Source: Tubiluchus corallicola
Taxonomy: Eukaryota; Animalia; Priapulida
Direction of reading: 5' to 3'
Length of the DNA: 64,000 bases
Assembly (NCBI GenBank): GCA_030141605.1
Contig: JAQGDQ010000291.1
Coordinates: 43,071 to 107,070 of the forward strand
Both the position numbers and the translations under genes were made by a program. The notes under the pieces are model-generated. The model made no database searches and had not been told where the DNA came from. It was given only the letters and a program-made list of their open reading frames with translations. The stretch's first letter is position 1, and the number at the start of each line of letters is the position of its first letter. This document shows, in pieces, positions 25,901 to 36,720 of the stretch.

Positions 25901-28832
25901 ACTTTTTTCTTTTTTATATTACTATAGTACATATATTTATGGTTTATACATGTGTGAGTGAGTGCATGCGTGGGTATACTTCAGTTTATATACAATTAAT
26001 ATGTAATTACAGCACTGCATAATACTAATTTAATACTCGGTTTGGGGTGGCTGATTCGATAACTAATTTTTTTCGCCACCCCTTCCCATTTGTTTGGCTT
26101 TTTTATTTATACCTATTTTTCTTTCCATTCTTATAGGGGTTAAAAATAAATGATTCATTTGTAAAGCTGATTGAAACACGGAAATACGATTCCCGTTTCA
26201 CTAGTAGTGGCATCCGAATGAACTGCTGTGTGACATTTTGTGTTTTTTGATTAGCAGTTTTTGGCAATTCATCCTCCATTGGTGGTTTTAATCACTGTGG
26301 ACTCTGTGTTCAATTAATTTTGTTTTGTTTCTTCACTTATGAGATTTTTTTTGCTTATTAGTGAATACAATAACATTATGAAACCCAAAAAATAGTATTT
26401 AGTGATCGTTTGATCTTTTTCTTCTCCACTTGAAGATAGTCCATAAATGTAGACTGAAACCAAATCTTTTTTAACTGTGGCATTTTTTATTAAAGGAAAA
26501 CCGGAAGATTGTGTAAACATTAGTTCAGAATAAAGAATCCTCTAAAATATTGAAAACTACAATAGCTTTCTTTAAATCAAAGCTTAGATTAAATAATAAT
26601 TACCTCGGATACTCAAATTTCGTTAAACTTTCAATGGTACGCACCGCCCAGTGAATGTACTAAGATTGGCAACGGCGCCTTTTTGTCACACTGTGTCTAT
26701 TTTGACAAATAGAAGGCGGCACTGTGATAATCATGATCATGAACTGCAATGTTAGTTTCTGACGTCATATGATGTAGAGCTCATTTTTCGTGACATCATG
26801 CATTTAAACAGTACTGTAAAACTTACGCAAACGTGCTTGACGCACAAGGGAAGACGCCTGCCATTGCACAAACTCTGGTTAATTTCTGACGTAAGCAATA
26901 GCTGTGTTCGGTTGCCGATAATTAACTTTCTAAGCTAATTATTCAAATATAAGAAACAATTGTTAACATTTATAGGCAAGAAAATGTAGATTTTGGACAG
27001 TAAACTAAAATGAGATTCAGTCTAAACAATCGTCCGGTTTCCCTTTAACTGTACCTATTCTTGTCATTAAGAATTATCTCAGAGGCTTATTATTATTACT
27101 AATATTAACGTATTGCAAACAGTGCATACTTGACACTACACTGGCCAGCTCTGTCAGTTACCACAGGCTCTAATGACAGAGAAAGATGTACAGCCAAAAA
27201 ACGTGCTGCTGCTGTCTTTAACACACCTTTTAATGGTACAGATATGTCTTACAATACAGGTATTTTACTGTAAGAACTAGTGACTGTTAGAAATGACTGT
27301 AATAAGATTTTATGTGTTTGTCACACAATATGCAAAGTTCCCAACAAATAAATTTTTAATACTTACAGTTACAAGCGGACAAACTGAGATTTATCATAAA
27401 CTGAGACAATCTCAAAACAAAAACTAGGTCAACAATATTTTAGATATTGTTTCAAATCTTTTTATATATTAATATTCATCACTACACTCTTATCTTGAAA
27501 ACTAGATGCTCTCAAAGTGCGATAAATTTGACAAGCAGAAACTCTTTACCTTTCACTTACCTGAGGCATATAACCAACACCTTTCCCAGGTATAGAGTGG
27601 CCCTTAGAATTGGGAGGTTTTCCCAAAGTGCTGATTGTCCCTTCATCAATCGCAAGACGCCCTAATATACATCTTAGCAAGGTTGTCTTTCCACAGCCAC
27701 TAGGTCCTAATAAACCATATCTGAAAATAAGCAGGAATGTGTGATTCAGGTTAGTGCAAATGTAGCAACGTTTAACTCAACAATGGATTAGGTGGCACAG
27801 AAAAAATGCACCGAAGTTTAGACTACAATATTATTAGAAGCAATTACCCCCACAATGCTGAAATTTCACAATGTGGTATTATGAATACATTAGCATTTGG
27901 CTTGGAAAACGACATGTTAATAGCTTTAGTGGTTTCTAAATTATGACCGAAAAGCTTTTGCACATTAAAAAAGTAAGAACTAGAACAACATCTTCTAATC
28001 TCCAATTAGAGAAACAGCTATTTGTGCTGTATAATCTACTCGGTGTGTGGCATAATAATCGGTTTACATCATGGTGTTTACCACAGAACATAAATCACTG
28101 AAACAGATTTGTTGTGAAAAAACGGGAGCTAAATGTATGTGGAGATACAGAGTGCATGCCATACGGAGTTGTTTCATCTAGCGGGTTCTTAACCAGGTGT
28201 CCTGGTACCCCTGGGGGTACCAAACGCCATCCCAGAGGGTACCAAACGCATATCTGGTTAATCAAAAATTTTGCCCTGAGAGAGACTCAAAAAAAGGTAA
28301 GCAAAAAGGATAAAGTAGTTGAATCCTAACCCCAATCGCTAAAACGCTGTTAAAATATACTTTTACTAAATAGGTTTGACACTGTGAGCCGCCTGAACCG
28401 CTATTTCCGTAGAAAGACCTGGCAGACTTCTGGGCAAGTCAATTAGAAACGTTTCCAGCAAATTAGTTACTAAAATCTAAAGTATAGTTGACATCTAACT
28501 GTTCGTAATATTTATACTGTATACATACATTATGATAATGTTCACAAACTGTTTACTCTTTATTCCGTTGATATTAAAGAAAGTAACTTAGCAAGGATTA
28601 ATCATTACAAAACATTACTGGAAACTACGTAAGCAATGAAACAGTTATACACGCATTTGCATAGGTACGTAATTACGAAATTATATAAAAATTTGATCCA
28701 CCGGAAGACTAATACTCACATAGAACCCAGAGGAACAGCCATGCAAATTCCATTCAGAACGTCCACACAACTTTTTCCTGTGCCGTAGTGTTTACACACT
28801 TGCTGTACGTCAATTGCTTTTTCTTCAGACAT
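7964..28832 (-). CDS. ABCH1: ABCH-type ABC half transporter (NBD-TMD; often annotated 'ABC transporter G family member 20/23-like'), 719 aa
   Basis: 20 coding exons: 28832-28720, 27720-27561, 25697-25543, 24901-24794, 22870-22777, 21761-21687, 21177-21067, 19898-19760, 19335-19245, 17276-17096, 16464-16361, 15599-15526, 13806-13691, 13502-13432, 12162-12074, 10993-10890, 9929-9857, 9720-9634, 8284-8180, 8073-7964. Total 2160 nt, all phases consistent. Motifs: Walker [10 protein letters not shown]-loop GYMPQE, signature LSGGQ, Walker [15 protein letters not shown]-loop TTHYIEEA; ABC-2 TMD with [37 protein letters not shown]. An extra N-terminal exon cannot be excluded. Confidence 0.92.
10293..10833 (+). 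mobile_element. Tigger/pogo-like MITE family A, copy 1
   Basis: TA|CAGTGTTCCCTC ... GAGGGAACACTG|TA. Homologous to 15009-15467 (inverted) and 46191-46789. Confidence 0.88.
11452..11993 (-). mobile_element. 5S rRNA-derived SINE (SINE3) with RTE-derived body and tail
   Basis: 11883-11992 is the reverse complement of nearly full 5S rRNA (cacgttgaaaacaccggttctc...gaagttaagc...gtacttgg...gaataccaggtgctgtaggctt). The body is shared with 63015-63420 and there is a (CCAA)n tail. 12-bp TSD tataagcctaat (11440-11451) / tataggcctaat (11994-12005). Confidence 0.85.
12694..13012 (-). mobile_element. Degenerate LTR, homologous to the solo LTR at 48525-49639
   Basis: tattgtgttttgtttctctcggaaggctcg... aligns with 48525 onward. 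Minus-strand TATATAA (~12938) and AATAAA (12762-12767). The other end runs into (TTACAA)n; no clear TSD. Confidence 0.7.
13013..13385. repeat. (TTACAA)n microsatellite, ~60 units
   Basis: Directly visible; ends ~45 nt from the ABC exon-14 donor. Confidence 0.97.
13820..14990. repeat. 47-bp minisatellite, ~25 units
   Basis: Unit tcagtcaggtaagtcaggagtgagggaagcttgtgaagataatatta; abuts the ABC exon-13 acceptor (13807). Confidence 0.97.
15009..15467 (-). mobile_element. Tigger/pogo-like MITE family A, copy 2 (inverted)
   Basis: TA|CAGTGTTCCCTC ... GAGGGAACACTG|TA; interior is the reverse complement of copy 1. Confidence 0.88.
15625..16173 (-). mobile_element. Kolobok-like MITE family B, copy 1
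   Basis: Termini aggaagaccag / ccggttttcct|TTAA; reverse complement of 26494-27044. Confidence 0.75.
16526..16936 (+). mobile_element. 5'-truncated RTE-clade non-LTR element (3' end)
   Basis: ORF remnant [20 protein letters not shown]...RLRWYGH...[10 protein letters not shown], (GAA)n tail, 18-bp TSD gttaatcttccgttaagc (16508-16525 / 16937-16954). Confidence 0.92.
17325..18500. repeat. 33-bp minisatellite, ~35 units
   Basis: Unit ttattacttaaatgttcattcttgttactaaac; ends ~50 nt from the ABC exon-10 acceptor. Confidence 0.96.
20360..21094 (-). repeat. 44-bp tandem array made of ABC exon-7 end plus donor, ~16 units
   Basis: Minus-strand unit TAGCATTACTCAACTAACACATGTTGAA|gtaagtgcacttaatc. Confidence 0.95.
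21385..21660. repeat. Local ~120-bp duplication with (GAT/AAT)n tracts
   Basis: ccctttaaacc...aatcagcagtctggataataataaca occurs near 21395 and 21518, just inside the exon-6 donor. Confidence 0.7.
21819..22355 (+). mobile_element. Internally deleted Tigger/pogo element with N-terminal transposase remnant
   Basis: TA|CAGTGGAATCTCGA ... TCGAGGTGTTGCTG|TA. The remnant [25 protein letters not shown] resembles the psq-HTH start of Tigger transposases. Confidence 0.75.
22399..22834 (-). repeat. 72-bp in-frame tandem array made of ABC exon-5 end plus donor, 6 units
   Basis: Donor hexamers at 22771, 22699, 22627, 22555, 22483 (mutated to TTGAGT) and 22411; repeated peptide [24 protein letters not shown]. 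Confidence 0.97.
24370..24689. mobile_element. hAT (Charlie-like) MITE
   Basis: CAATGGTTCCCAAA ... TTTGGGAACCACTG with perfect 8-bp TSD taatagat. Confidence 0.88.
26494..27044 (+). mobile_element. Kolobok-like MITE family B, copy 2
   Basis: TTAA|AGGAAAACCGGAAGATTG ... CAATCGTCCGGTTTCCCT|TTAA. Confidence 0.8.
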
Positions 28833-28909
28833 AGTTCTTGAAACATCTATAAAAAGATAACAGCTGTATTATTAAAATGAATTTTATAAAAAATATTGAT
28901 TGAAAACTA

Positions 28910-29413
28910 GCATGGCCATTCTTAGTTGGTGGAACAATTTGTCTGGTTAATTCCGATAATGAACGAGACTCTGGCCTACTAAATAGTTAGCCGATCCTGA
29001 AGACTTCGGCTGTAACTTCTTAGAGGGACAAGCGGCGCTTAGCCGCACGAGATTGAGCAATAACAGGTCTGTGATACCCTTAGATGTCCGGTGCTGCACG
29101 CTCGCTAAACTGAAAAAATCAGCATGCATTTGAACCTTGTCCGGAAGGACTAGGTAACCTGATAAACCTCCTTCGTGCTAGGGATAGGGAATTTCAATTG
29201 TTTCCCTTGAACGAGGAATTCCCAGTAAGCGCGAGTCATAAGCTCGTGTTGATTACGTCCCTGCCCTTTGTGCACACACCCGTCGCTACTACCGATTAAA
29301 TGATTTAGTGAGGTCTTCGGACCGGTACCGACGAGAGGGGCAACCTTCGCGCCGGTGTTGCTGGGAAGATGACCAAACTTGATCAGTTAGAGGAAGTAAA
29401 AGTCGTAACAAGG
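28910..29413 (+). pseudogene. 18S rRNA 3' fragment (~500 nt), decayed
   Basis: Runs from gcatggcc-ttcttagttggtgg through gcaataacaggtctgtg and ttgattacgtccctgccctttg to gaggaagtaaaagtcgtaacaagg. Conserved positions carry substitutions, helix 45 and ITS are absent, and it lies in an ABC 5' intron. Confidence 0.95.
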
Positions 29414-31366
29414 CTGATTAGTTCAGCTAATCAGAATTCGAGCTTGCAGGTCATTCCGGCTAGGCAACAAATCTTTATCATTGCTTTATTCTCTCTGGTG
29501 ATGACCACGATGTGAACTGGTTGATTCCTTATTCCAAGGATGTGCTCAGTGTGTTGAGAGCTTTATACGTCACCGAAAGTAGCTGTTTTTCAGTTGATGA
29601 TTAATTGACACTGTTCCTGCATTTAATTTTTTAAAAAGCAAAATAAACCTCTATACATTGTAGTCACTTGAAACTCTGAGGCATATAAATCACACAAAAA
29701 GCAACATCATTATCGATATGTGCATCAGGTATGGTAGCTTAATGTCACACTAAATGCAATGCAATTTATTATTATAATTCTTTATTTTTAAAAACTATGC
29801 ACAAAGTACATTCCCTCTATTTGTAGGGATATGTTTAAAATTTCTAAAAGCATTTACAATGTATTAAACCCATTCACATATATATAAGTTAGAATCCAAC
29901 GCATGAGACATATTGAATGACAACGATCATATACAATAGACATAGTTACAAATTACAATCCAACACTACATACATACATAATAAACGATAACGAACATAT
30001 TTTAATACTTAGTAACAAAAATTTACACACATTATACACAATGAAAAACAGCGAGTACAATTATAATAAACATAATTACCAATTCTAATGCAACTACACA
30101 TAATCATAAATAAAAACAAAACAGCATATAGAAAACACGACGAGAGTTGTAAAATTTCATCACCAACAGACTGTTTATATACGGGCAAAAGACGATAGGA
30201 ATTCATCCGAGATAAGATTTGCAAAAGCATTTATAGCATTATTATCCCGGCTAGAGAAAACATACTCCGAATCTAACGAGGCAGAGTACTACTAAAATCA
30301 TTTCTTTTGGCTTGGTTTACTAATGTACATTCAAATAATAAACAATGTACAGAGTGAGGGCTTAATAAGCAGTTACATGTGCTATTAGAAGCATGCCAAA
30401 TTTTGTACAAAAATTCTTTAAAATACAATGCAAGACAATGCAAGTAGCTTGCAGCATAAAATACACCAACTGTACTTGTAATTGGACGAATCTGTCGTAC
30501 GTGTTGCAAGGCATCATTACAGCTACTGTAAACCCTAAAGCAGAAGCCTTGTGAGCACGGAATTCAATATGCTTGTTCCCTGGATAATTAGCAAAGTTAA
30601 GTAAATTCCGCTTATATAAGGAAAATTAACCAAGCCAGCAATGCTAATGCCATTGACCCAGGCCTGTTAATATCTGGCGCATATAAATAGATAAAATATT
30701 TACGTTTTACACTTCATTATGGCTGCATTTCAGCAAAATCAAAGGTTTAGCTGAGCCGTTTACATCTTATCATATTCACTACTATCAATAAACTAAAGTA
30801 ATGAACAGTTAAACAATAAACAGACTTTTCCATTTTATGTAATATAAGTATGAAATTTAATATCTTTCCACTGTTTATCATAAATACATACCACAGTAGT
30901 AACCAACATGGTTAGAATCAGACATCGCCACAATAAAATGTTAAAATCGTAACTAATTGCAATTACGACTCAAAATTTAAATTCCTTAATAAAACACATC
31001 CATTTATCGTTTAGTCACAGTGCAAGTAAACTGATCAAGGAAAATGTAGCATATAGCTGTACTGTTCACAATACTGGCTATAAATGTATATGAAAAGTAT
31101 GTCACGCGTCACCCCGATGATCAGAAGTTATATTTATTTAAAGATAAACTAAGATAGTGAAAACTGCTCCTTTGCTACACCTAAAGTGAGGTCTAATGCA
31201 TCATAAGTGCTTCAGCTGATTTAGTTTTAAAGCCTAATAATGCTCCCACAGTACTGGAAGTTACTAGAACGTAAAACAGGATAAAATATGTTAATATTCA
31301 CACTCCCTTTTGTTTCCATGTAAAACAAGCAGACAGCAAAAGCTGAAAAACTTCTCCAAATCACGA

Positions 31367-32136
31367 TGTAAAACCAGTTACAACATAAGATAAACAACAT
31401 TGAAGAATTACATGTAAAACCAGTTACAACATAAGATAAACAACATTGAAGAATTATATGTAAAACCAGTTACAACATAAGATAAACAACATTGAAGAAT
31501 TATATGTAAAACCAGTTACAACATAAGATAAACAACATTGAAGAAATATATGTAAAACCAGTTACAACATAAGATATACAACATTGAAGAATTATATGTA
31601 AAACCAGTTACAACATAAGATATACAACATTGCAGAATTATATGTAAAACCAGTTACAACATAAGATAAACAACATTGAAGAATTATATGTAAAACCAGT
31701 TACAACATAAGATAAACAACATTGAAGAAATATATGTAAAACCAGTTACAACATAAGATAAACAACATTGAAGAAATATATGTAAAACCAGTTACAACAT
31801 AAGATATACAACATTGCAGAATTATATGTAAAACCAGTTACAACATAAGATAAACAACATTGAAGAATTATATGTAAAACCAGTTACAACATAAGATAAA
31901 CAACATTGAAGAATTACATGTAAAACCAGTTACAACATAAGATAAACAACATTGAAGAATTATATGTAAAACCAGTTACAACATAAGATAAACAACATTG
32001 AAGAAATATATGTAAAACCAGTTACAACATAAGATATACAACATTGCAGAATTATATGTAAAACCAGTTACAACATAAGATATACAACATTGCAGAATTA
32101 TATGTAAAACCAGTTACAACATAAGATAAACAACAT
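31367..32136. repeat. 46-bp minisatellite, ~17 units
   Basis: Unit tgtaaaaccagttacaacataagataaacaacattgaagaattata. Confidence 0.96.
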
Positions 32137-32184
32137 CATTTATCTAAACAACTTCAACACCATACACAATGTCATACATACATT

Positions 32185-32800
32185 CAGTGGTGGCTCGTAG
32201 TTAAAATTAGTAAGAGTGCTGCTTCAGAAAATTTTTAGCTATACTGTGTAAAACATAACAAACATATGTAATTTTAATGTTGTAGTTATATTTGAAGATC
32301 AGGTGTTGAACAGCCTCTTTTCTTAACTGTAACTTTCTAGTGGAGAGACAACTGTGAAAAACTAAGCTGTTGTAGTTAACTTACAGTCACAGAACTTATT
32401 TCTTGTAGTTGCAAGGCATCCATTTTTAAATAATTCATGTTTTAAGCATACATGCTAAGTTTACACGTTATCACATCAAGGAATCCAAGAATATGACGGT
32501 ACACGGTAAGCACATGGAAATTGTTACTGTGTTAGAGACAGTGCTTTTCTACCTAGCAGCAGATGCTAGTGTACAGCGTCTTATCTCAGACGTGTGTGCA
32601 TGGCTGTATGCGCACAATAGCCAAACACCGTGTTGCTTGGGTTGTGAAGCAAACAGCACTACGCTCACGTGCTCCGGTTCCACACAAGTATAAAGACAGA
32701 GCGAAAGAAAAAAGACACATTATATTGAATATTATCGATAATAATGAGTGAAAACAGGGGGTGATGGAGTACCACAGTACCTATACATGAGCCGCCACTT
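32185..32800. mobile_element. hAT-like MITE
   Basis: CAGTGGTGGCTC ... GAGCCGCCACT, flanked by (c)atacatt on both sides. Confidence 0.7.
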
Positions 32801-33771
32801 ATACATTAACAAAAACATGATTTGTGGCAATTTTGCTTGCAATTTTATTTCTTTGGAAAACACTGTACATTTATTTGCATAAATAAATCTTATTTGGCAG
32901 CTCACAAATTGAATAGTTTGAAGTTACTATGCAAAGTAGGCCCAATCATACACATTCACAATATTGTAACCATAATTCGTGTGCAAACCGGTTCTGATGG
33001 CTATTTTTGCTCATGAAGCAAAAATCGATGTAAAGGCACAAATAGCAAAAGTAGATGAAACAGAAGACCTGTGGAAAGTTATAAAATTATGATGATGTAA
33101 ATCAGTGGTTATCACGTAGTCACACTGTTCCATATAGTATGCAGACTGGGTGTGAGAAGTTCTGTGAGAACATTGATTAATAAGTTGCTGGTATAATATA
33201 CTAAGTAGTTGCAAGGTCAATAATGGGTTAGGCTGGACACAAATAAATTGTCTCTGTTTTACCTCATGAGCTCAAAAGATCTCAGTAGGGAGGGAGGAAA
33301 TGTTTGTTTTCACAAAAATCTTGTTAAAGCTTTATGAATGTTTAAACCTGAATTGTGGAATATTTAAAATCAGTTGAAATAAAAGTTTGCTTATTAACCT
33401 GCTGTTTAGCAGTAATGTTTTAAATTTGTTCAGGCCTCCTTTTTTAGTTTTTTTTTGTTTTGCATTACTAAATTATCGTATAATTATCGATTATTGTATA
33501 GTTTCTTTTCTTTGTATCGTGAAACGTACGTTATGATAATTATGGTATAAGAGGCAACACTGTACGATAAAAACAATGTTACCCAGGCGATTAAACAGAA
33601 ACATTTTTATTGTTGGCCTTAGCACACACTTGAACATTCTTATAAAAACGTTTTCTTTCTGTGTACACGTTTTTCAAATGTTTCAAAGTTTTTTATTTTT
33701 CGTATTCAAACAACATCAATTCCACATCAATCTTTCATTTAAAAGTTCTATTAAGGTTTGCTAACTGACTT

Positions 33772-33893
33772 ACACACTTCTGACGAGGCAGAGCTCTCGG
33801 CTCAAATTCTGTCATCGCTCCATAAATTCAAATGGAGTTCAAATCCATAAATCACACCTAATTCAAACAATTAAGGCTTTCAGACCTCAGAAG
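33772..33893 (-). other. Possible 5' UTR exon of the ABC gene
   Basis: On minus strand: ttttgtag acceptor near 33894 and GTAAGT donor near 33772. The first ABC coding exon has an acceptor at 28847, so upstream exons must exist. Confidence 0.3.
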
Positions 33894-34354
33894 CTACAAA
33901 AGAAAATACATGTGCATTAAAACGCATCGTAAATTAACATTTTCAAATGCACTCCGTCAGTATTGTCAGACACTTGTTTACATTCACAAAGCTGACTGGA
34001 GCAGTAGGGATTAGGCAGTTCTCTGCTAAACTTTTAATATGCAGCATTTTATTTGTAATTTAGTGCTACATTATAAAAACTAACAGCATAATAAACTCAT
34101 TATAAGATAACCAAATAATGCTTATTAAGAATTTGCCTAGGAACACTTTGTATGTAAAGGCACTCACTTAGTATTAGTAAAAAACTATCCGCTACACCTT
34201 CACTAATCACATTTTGTTTTTAAGTTAAATCTTGTTACTTTGCATTTTGCAGTCGTGGTGCTAAACAAAAGTACTAAAATCACAAAAAACAGGATTAAGA
34301 TTCAAGCCCAGCAACATATAACTGCTGCTATAAACAATGAATCAAAATCCATTT

Positions 34355-34485
34355 TTCTATCGCCCATAATAAGGCCATATAGACAACTTAGAGGTCATGA
34401 GTACAAGCTCTTTGTTCCATCCGTCAGGACAAATATTCGTAAACATTTCTCTGCTAATAAAGTTGTTCCTCAACAGAACGAGTAA
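34355..34485 (+). mobile_element. CR1-group LINE 3' remnant
   Basis: LRGHEYKLFVPSVRTNIRKHFSANKVV resembles the CR1-group C-terminal RGH..KL...R..FF..RVV motif; a related remnant lies at 36790-36980. Confidence 0.55.
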
Positions 34486-34928
34486 GTCCCACGTAATAAT
34501 ACTAATAAATCGGTTTTTCAGAAAGTGCGCTTTACATCAATTGCAGCCACTGGAATTTGCACTAGGCAGAACGCAGCCAAGACAGCAAACACTAGACACA
34601 ACTATGCCAGAACAGAAAACTGAAGTGAAGTGAGTAGTTTGTTATCAGTATTAAATAAACATTTTTTTAAATAATTCGTGTACAGTTACCATCAAAGAAT
34701 ATGTAAAAAAATTGTGAGTAATTAGTAATCGGTTACTACTGTAAACACCCAGAATCTTTTTTCAACCACCTGTACTGCCGGTTCTCGTCAAGTAATTCAA
34801 TTTCCATTTATTATTAGTTGCATCTGCTCCCGGCTTGAAAGTATGGCAACTGGGAAGTTTGACAGTGGACTTGTTTCACAAAATTATACTTCAAATTATA
34901 TATATATGGACGGAACTTCTATATATAT

Positions 34929-34964
<36 letters not shown>

Positions 34965-36399
34965 TGGAAGTTCTAAATACGTCTTCATATTCATCCCGTG
35001 ACTTATATACTAATTAACAAAGCTACAGCATAACTGCATGTCATCTCATTCCTCTTTATTTGATTTTAGTACTTGATCAATGTATTTTTACAGAGTGTAA
35101 CATACATGTCCTTTTACTAAGGAGTAAAAATTTATGTTACAGAACAATTTATTACACCAAAGTATTGCTGAATAAAAAGAAAATTTATCGTGTTGTCAAT
35201 ACAAATTATATATTATAGTGTGCCCTGTACACATATACAGCCAGCAGTCTGGAGGTATATAATCACAGAGATGTGAAGAAATCATGCAAGGTCAAATTCA
35301 TTATTCTTCACGAAGATCCTTCAAGATTCGACACATGCTCCAGATGTAAACTTGTCTTTTCGTTTTTTGGATAGCACTCAAAGGTATTTTCGGAAATTAT
35401 CTTAGCCTCAGCCAGGCTGTGGTCTGATGAACTGTCACATTGTCCACGTTCTCCAGGCATGCTCTGATCATATTCCAACTTAAATCATTTTATAATGCAA
35501 TCATCATTTTATTTAATTATTTTCTTTTAAATAGTTGGTACATGTTGCGAGTCTGCAACAGACTAACGGGCTATTGCATGATTGATTTAATTCTCTGACT
35601 TGCCATTTGTCTTGGCAATTGGCAACCTGGTACTTCTCAGAAACCACCACCCTGAGATCAGCAAGTTATTGGGGAGTGATCACAAAAACAGGAGTTTGGT
35701 AAATATAGCTCCCCATAGATTATAATTAAAAGGTTAATGTTACTAAGCAGTTTAATAAATTAAAAACAATCTCGTTGCTTATAAAGTTATGAAAGAGGTG
35801 TAGAAAAGAGAAATTAAAAGTAGTTGGATCCATACTATACAACAATTAACAAAAAAGTATGAATTAGAAATATAGAGTGATTATGTAATGAAGGAAAAAA
35901 TATTTATAGAAAAAAACAAGTTTAAGAAAACGTAATAAAGTAATAAAAGAAAATGCTGTGAAGCATACATGCAAAAAGACAACGTTAAAATCTGCAGTAT
36001 GAACATAACAAACCTAAACAGTGTATAACAGATGAAGTAAAAGGAGTGCTAGAAATTAAAATTGAACATGTTGCCACTGAAGTATAATTACAATTAAGCA
36101 GTTAAAAAGATTTGAGGTGTCCATTAAATAATAAGGAAAAAGATATTGCCGAGCAACTGTTTGATTGTGATGTAATTAAAAAACTGTACCAAAACAAGAA
36201 AGAAATTTAAAAGAAAAGATCAAGTCAAATGACATTACCGGAGAAATTTGTTAGAAATAGAGTAGATGATAATGGACAGTGAGCACACGGAAAAGAAAAG
36301 ACCTGGAGATGAAGCCGTAAAAAAGGAATATAAAGAAAAATATGTTAAAATATGTTCACGTTACTTGTGTCTCGCATTAAGCATTACTCCTAAGTGTCT

Positions 36400-36720
36400 A
36401 TCAAATTTGATTATCCGTCAGATCACCCAGGAAATAACGAAACAACTAATGTACAGGTCGTAGCGAAATCTTGAATTCATTTTGCAACGAGAAAGAAGCA
36501 TGGCGGCGGTTTTGAGTCCGAATGTATTTTGGGCACAGAGAGAGGAATTTATTAGTTTACGCGTTGATTTGAAAAATGTTTCGGTAAGTGTTTTCTTGGG
36601 ATATAAATGAAAACGCGCGCTTTGAATATGCTTAAATCGGGTGAGCCAAGGTTATTCTTTTGTACAAATCCGTCGTTAGGGCTATTAAGTGTTACGCTGC
36701 TAACGCTTCAAGAGCTCAGG
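36400..36720 (+). promoter_or_regulatory. Probable HACD3 promoter/first-exon region, locally CpG-richer, possibly bidirectional
   Basis: CpG density rises around the ATG at 36500 (gcatggcgg Kozak-like context). The ABC gene reads away on the other strand. TSS not visible. Confidence 0.35.

Noticed and set aside
28910-29413. Functional rRNA gene
   Set aside because: Only a ~500-nt piece, mutated at invariant positions, with no ITS/5.8S/28S.
29434-29455. Polylinker-like gaattcgagcttgcaggtc
   Set aside because: Not an exact vector sequence and too short to call contamination.
29493-29560. Box C/D snoRNA-like segment (ctc-tg-GTGATGA ... TTGA-gag)
   Set aside because: Box D is TTGA rather than CTGA, the stem is only 3 bp, it is antisense to the host gene, and no guide target was recognised.
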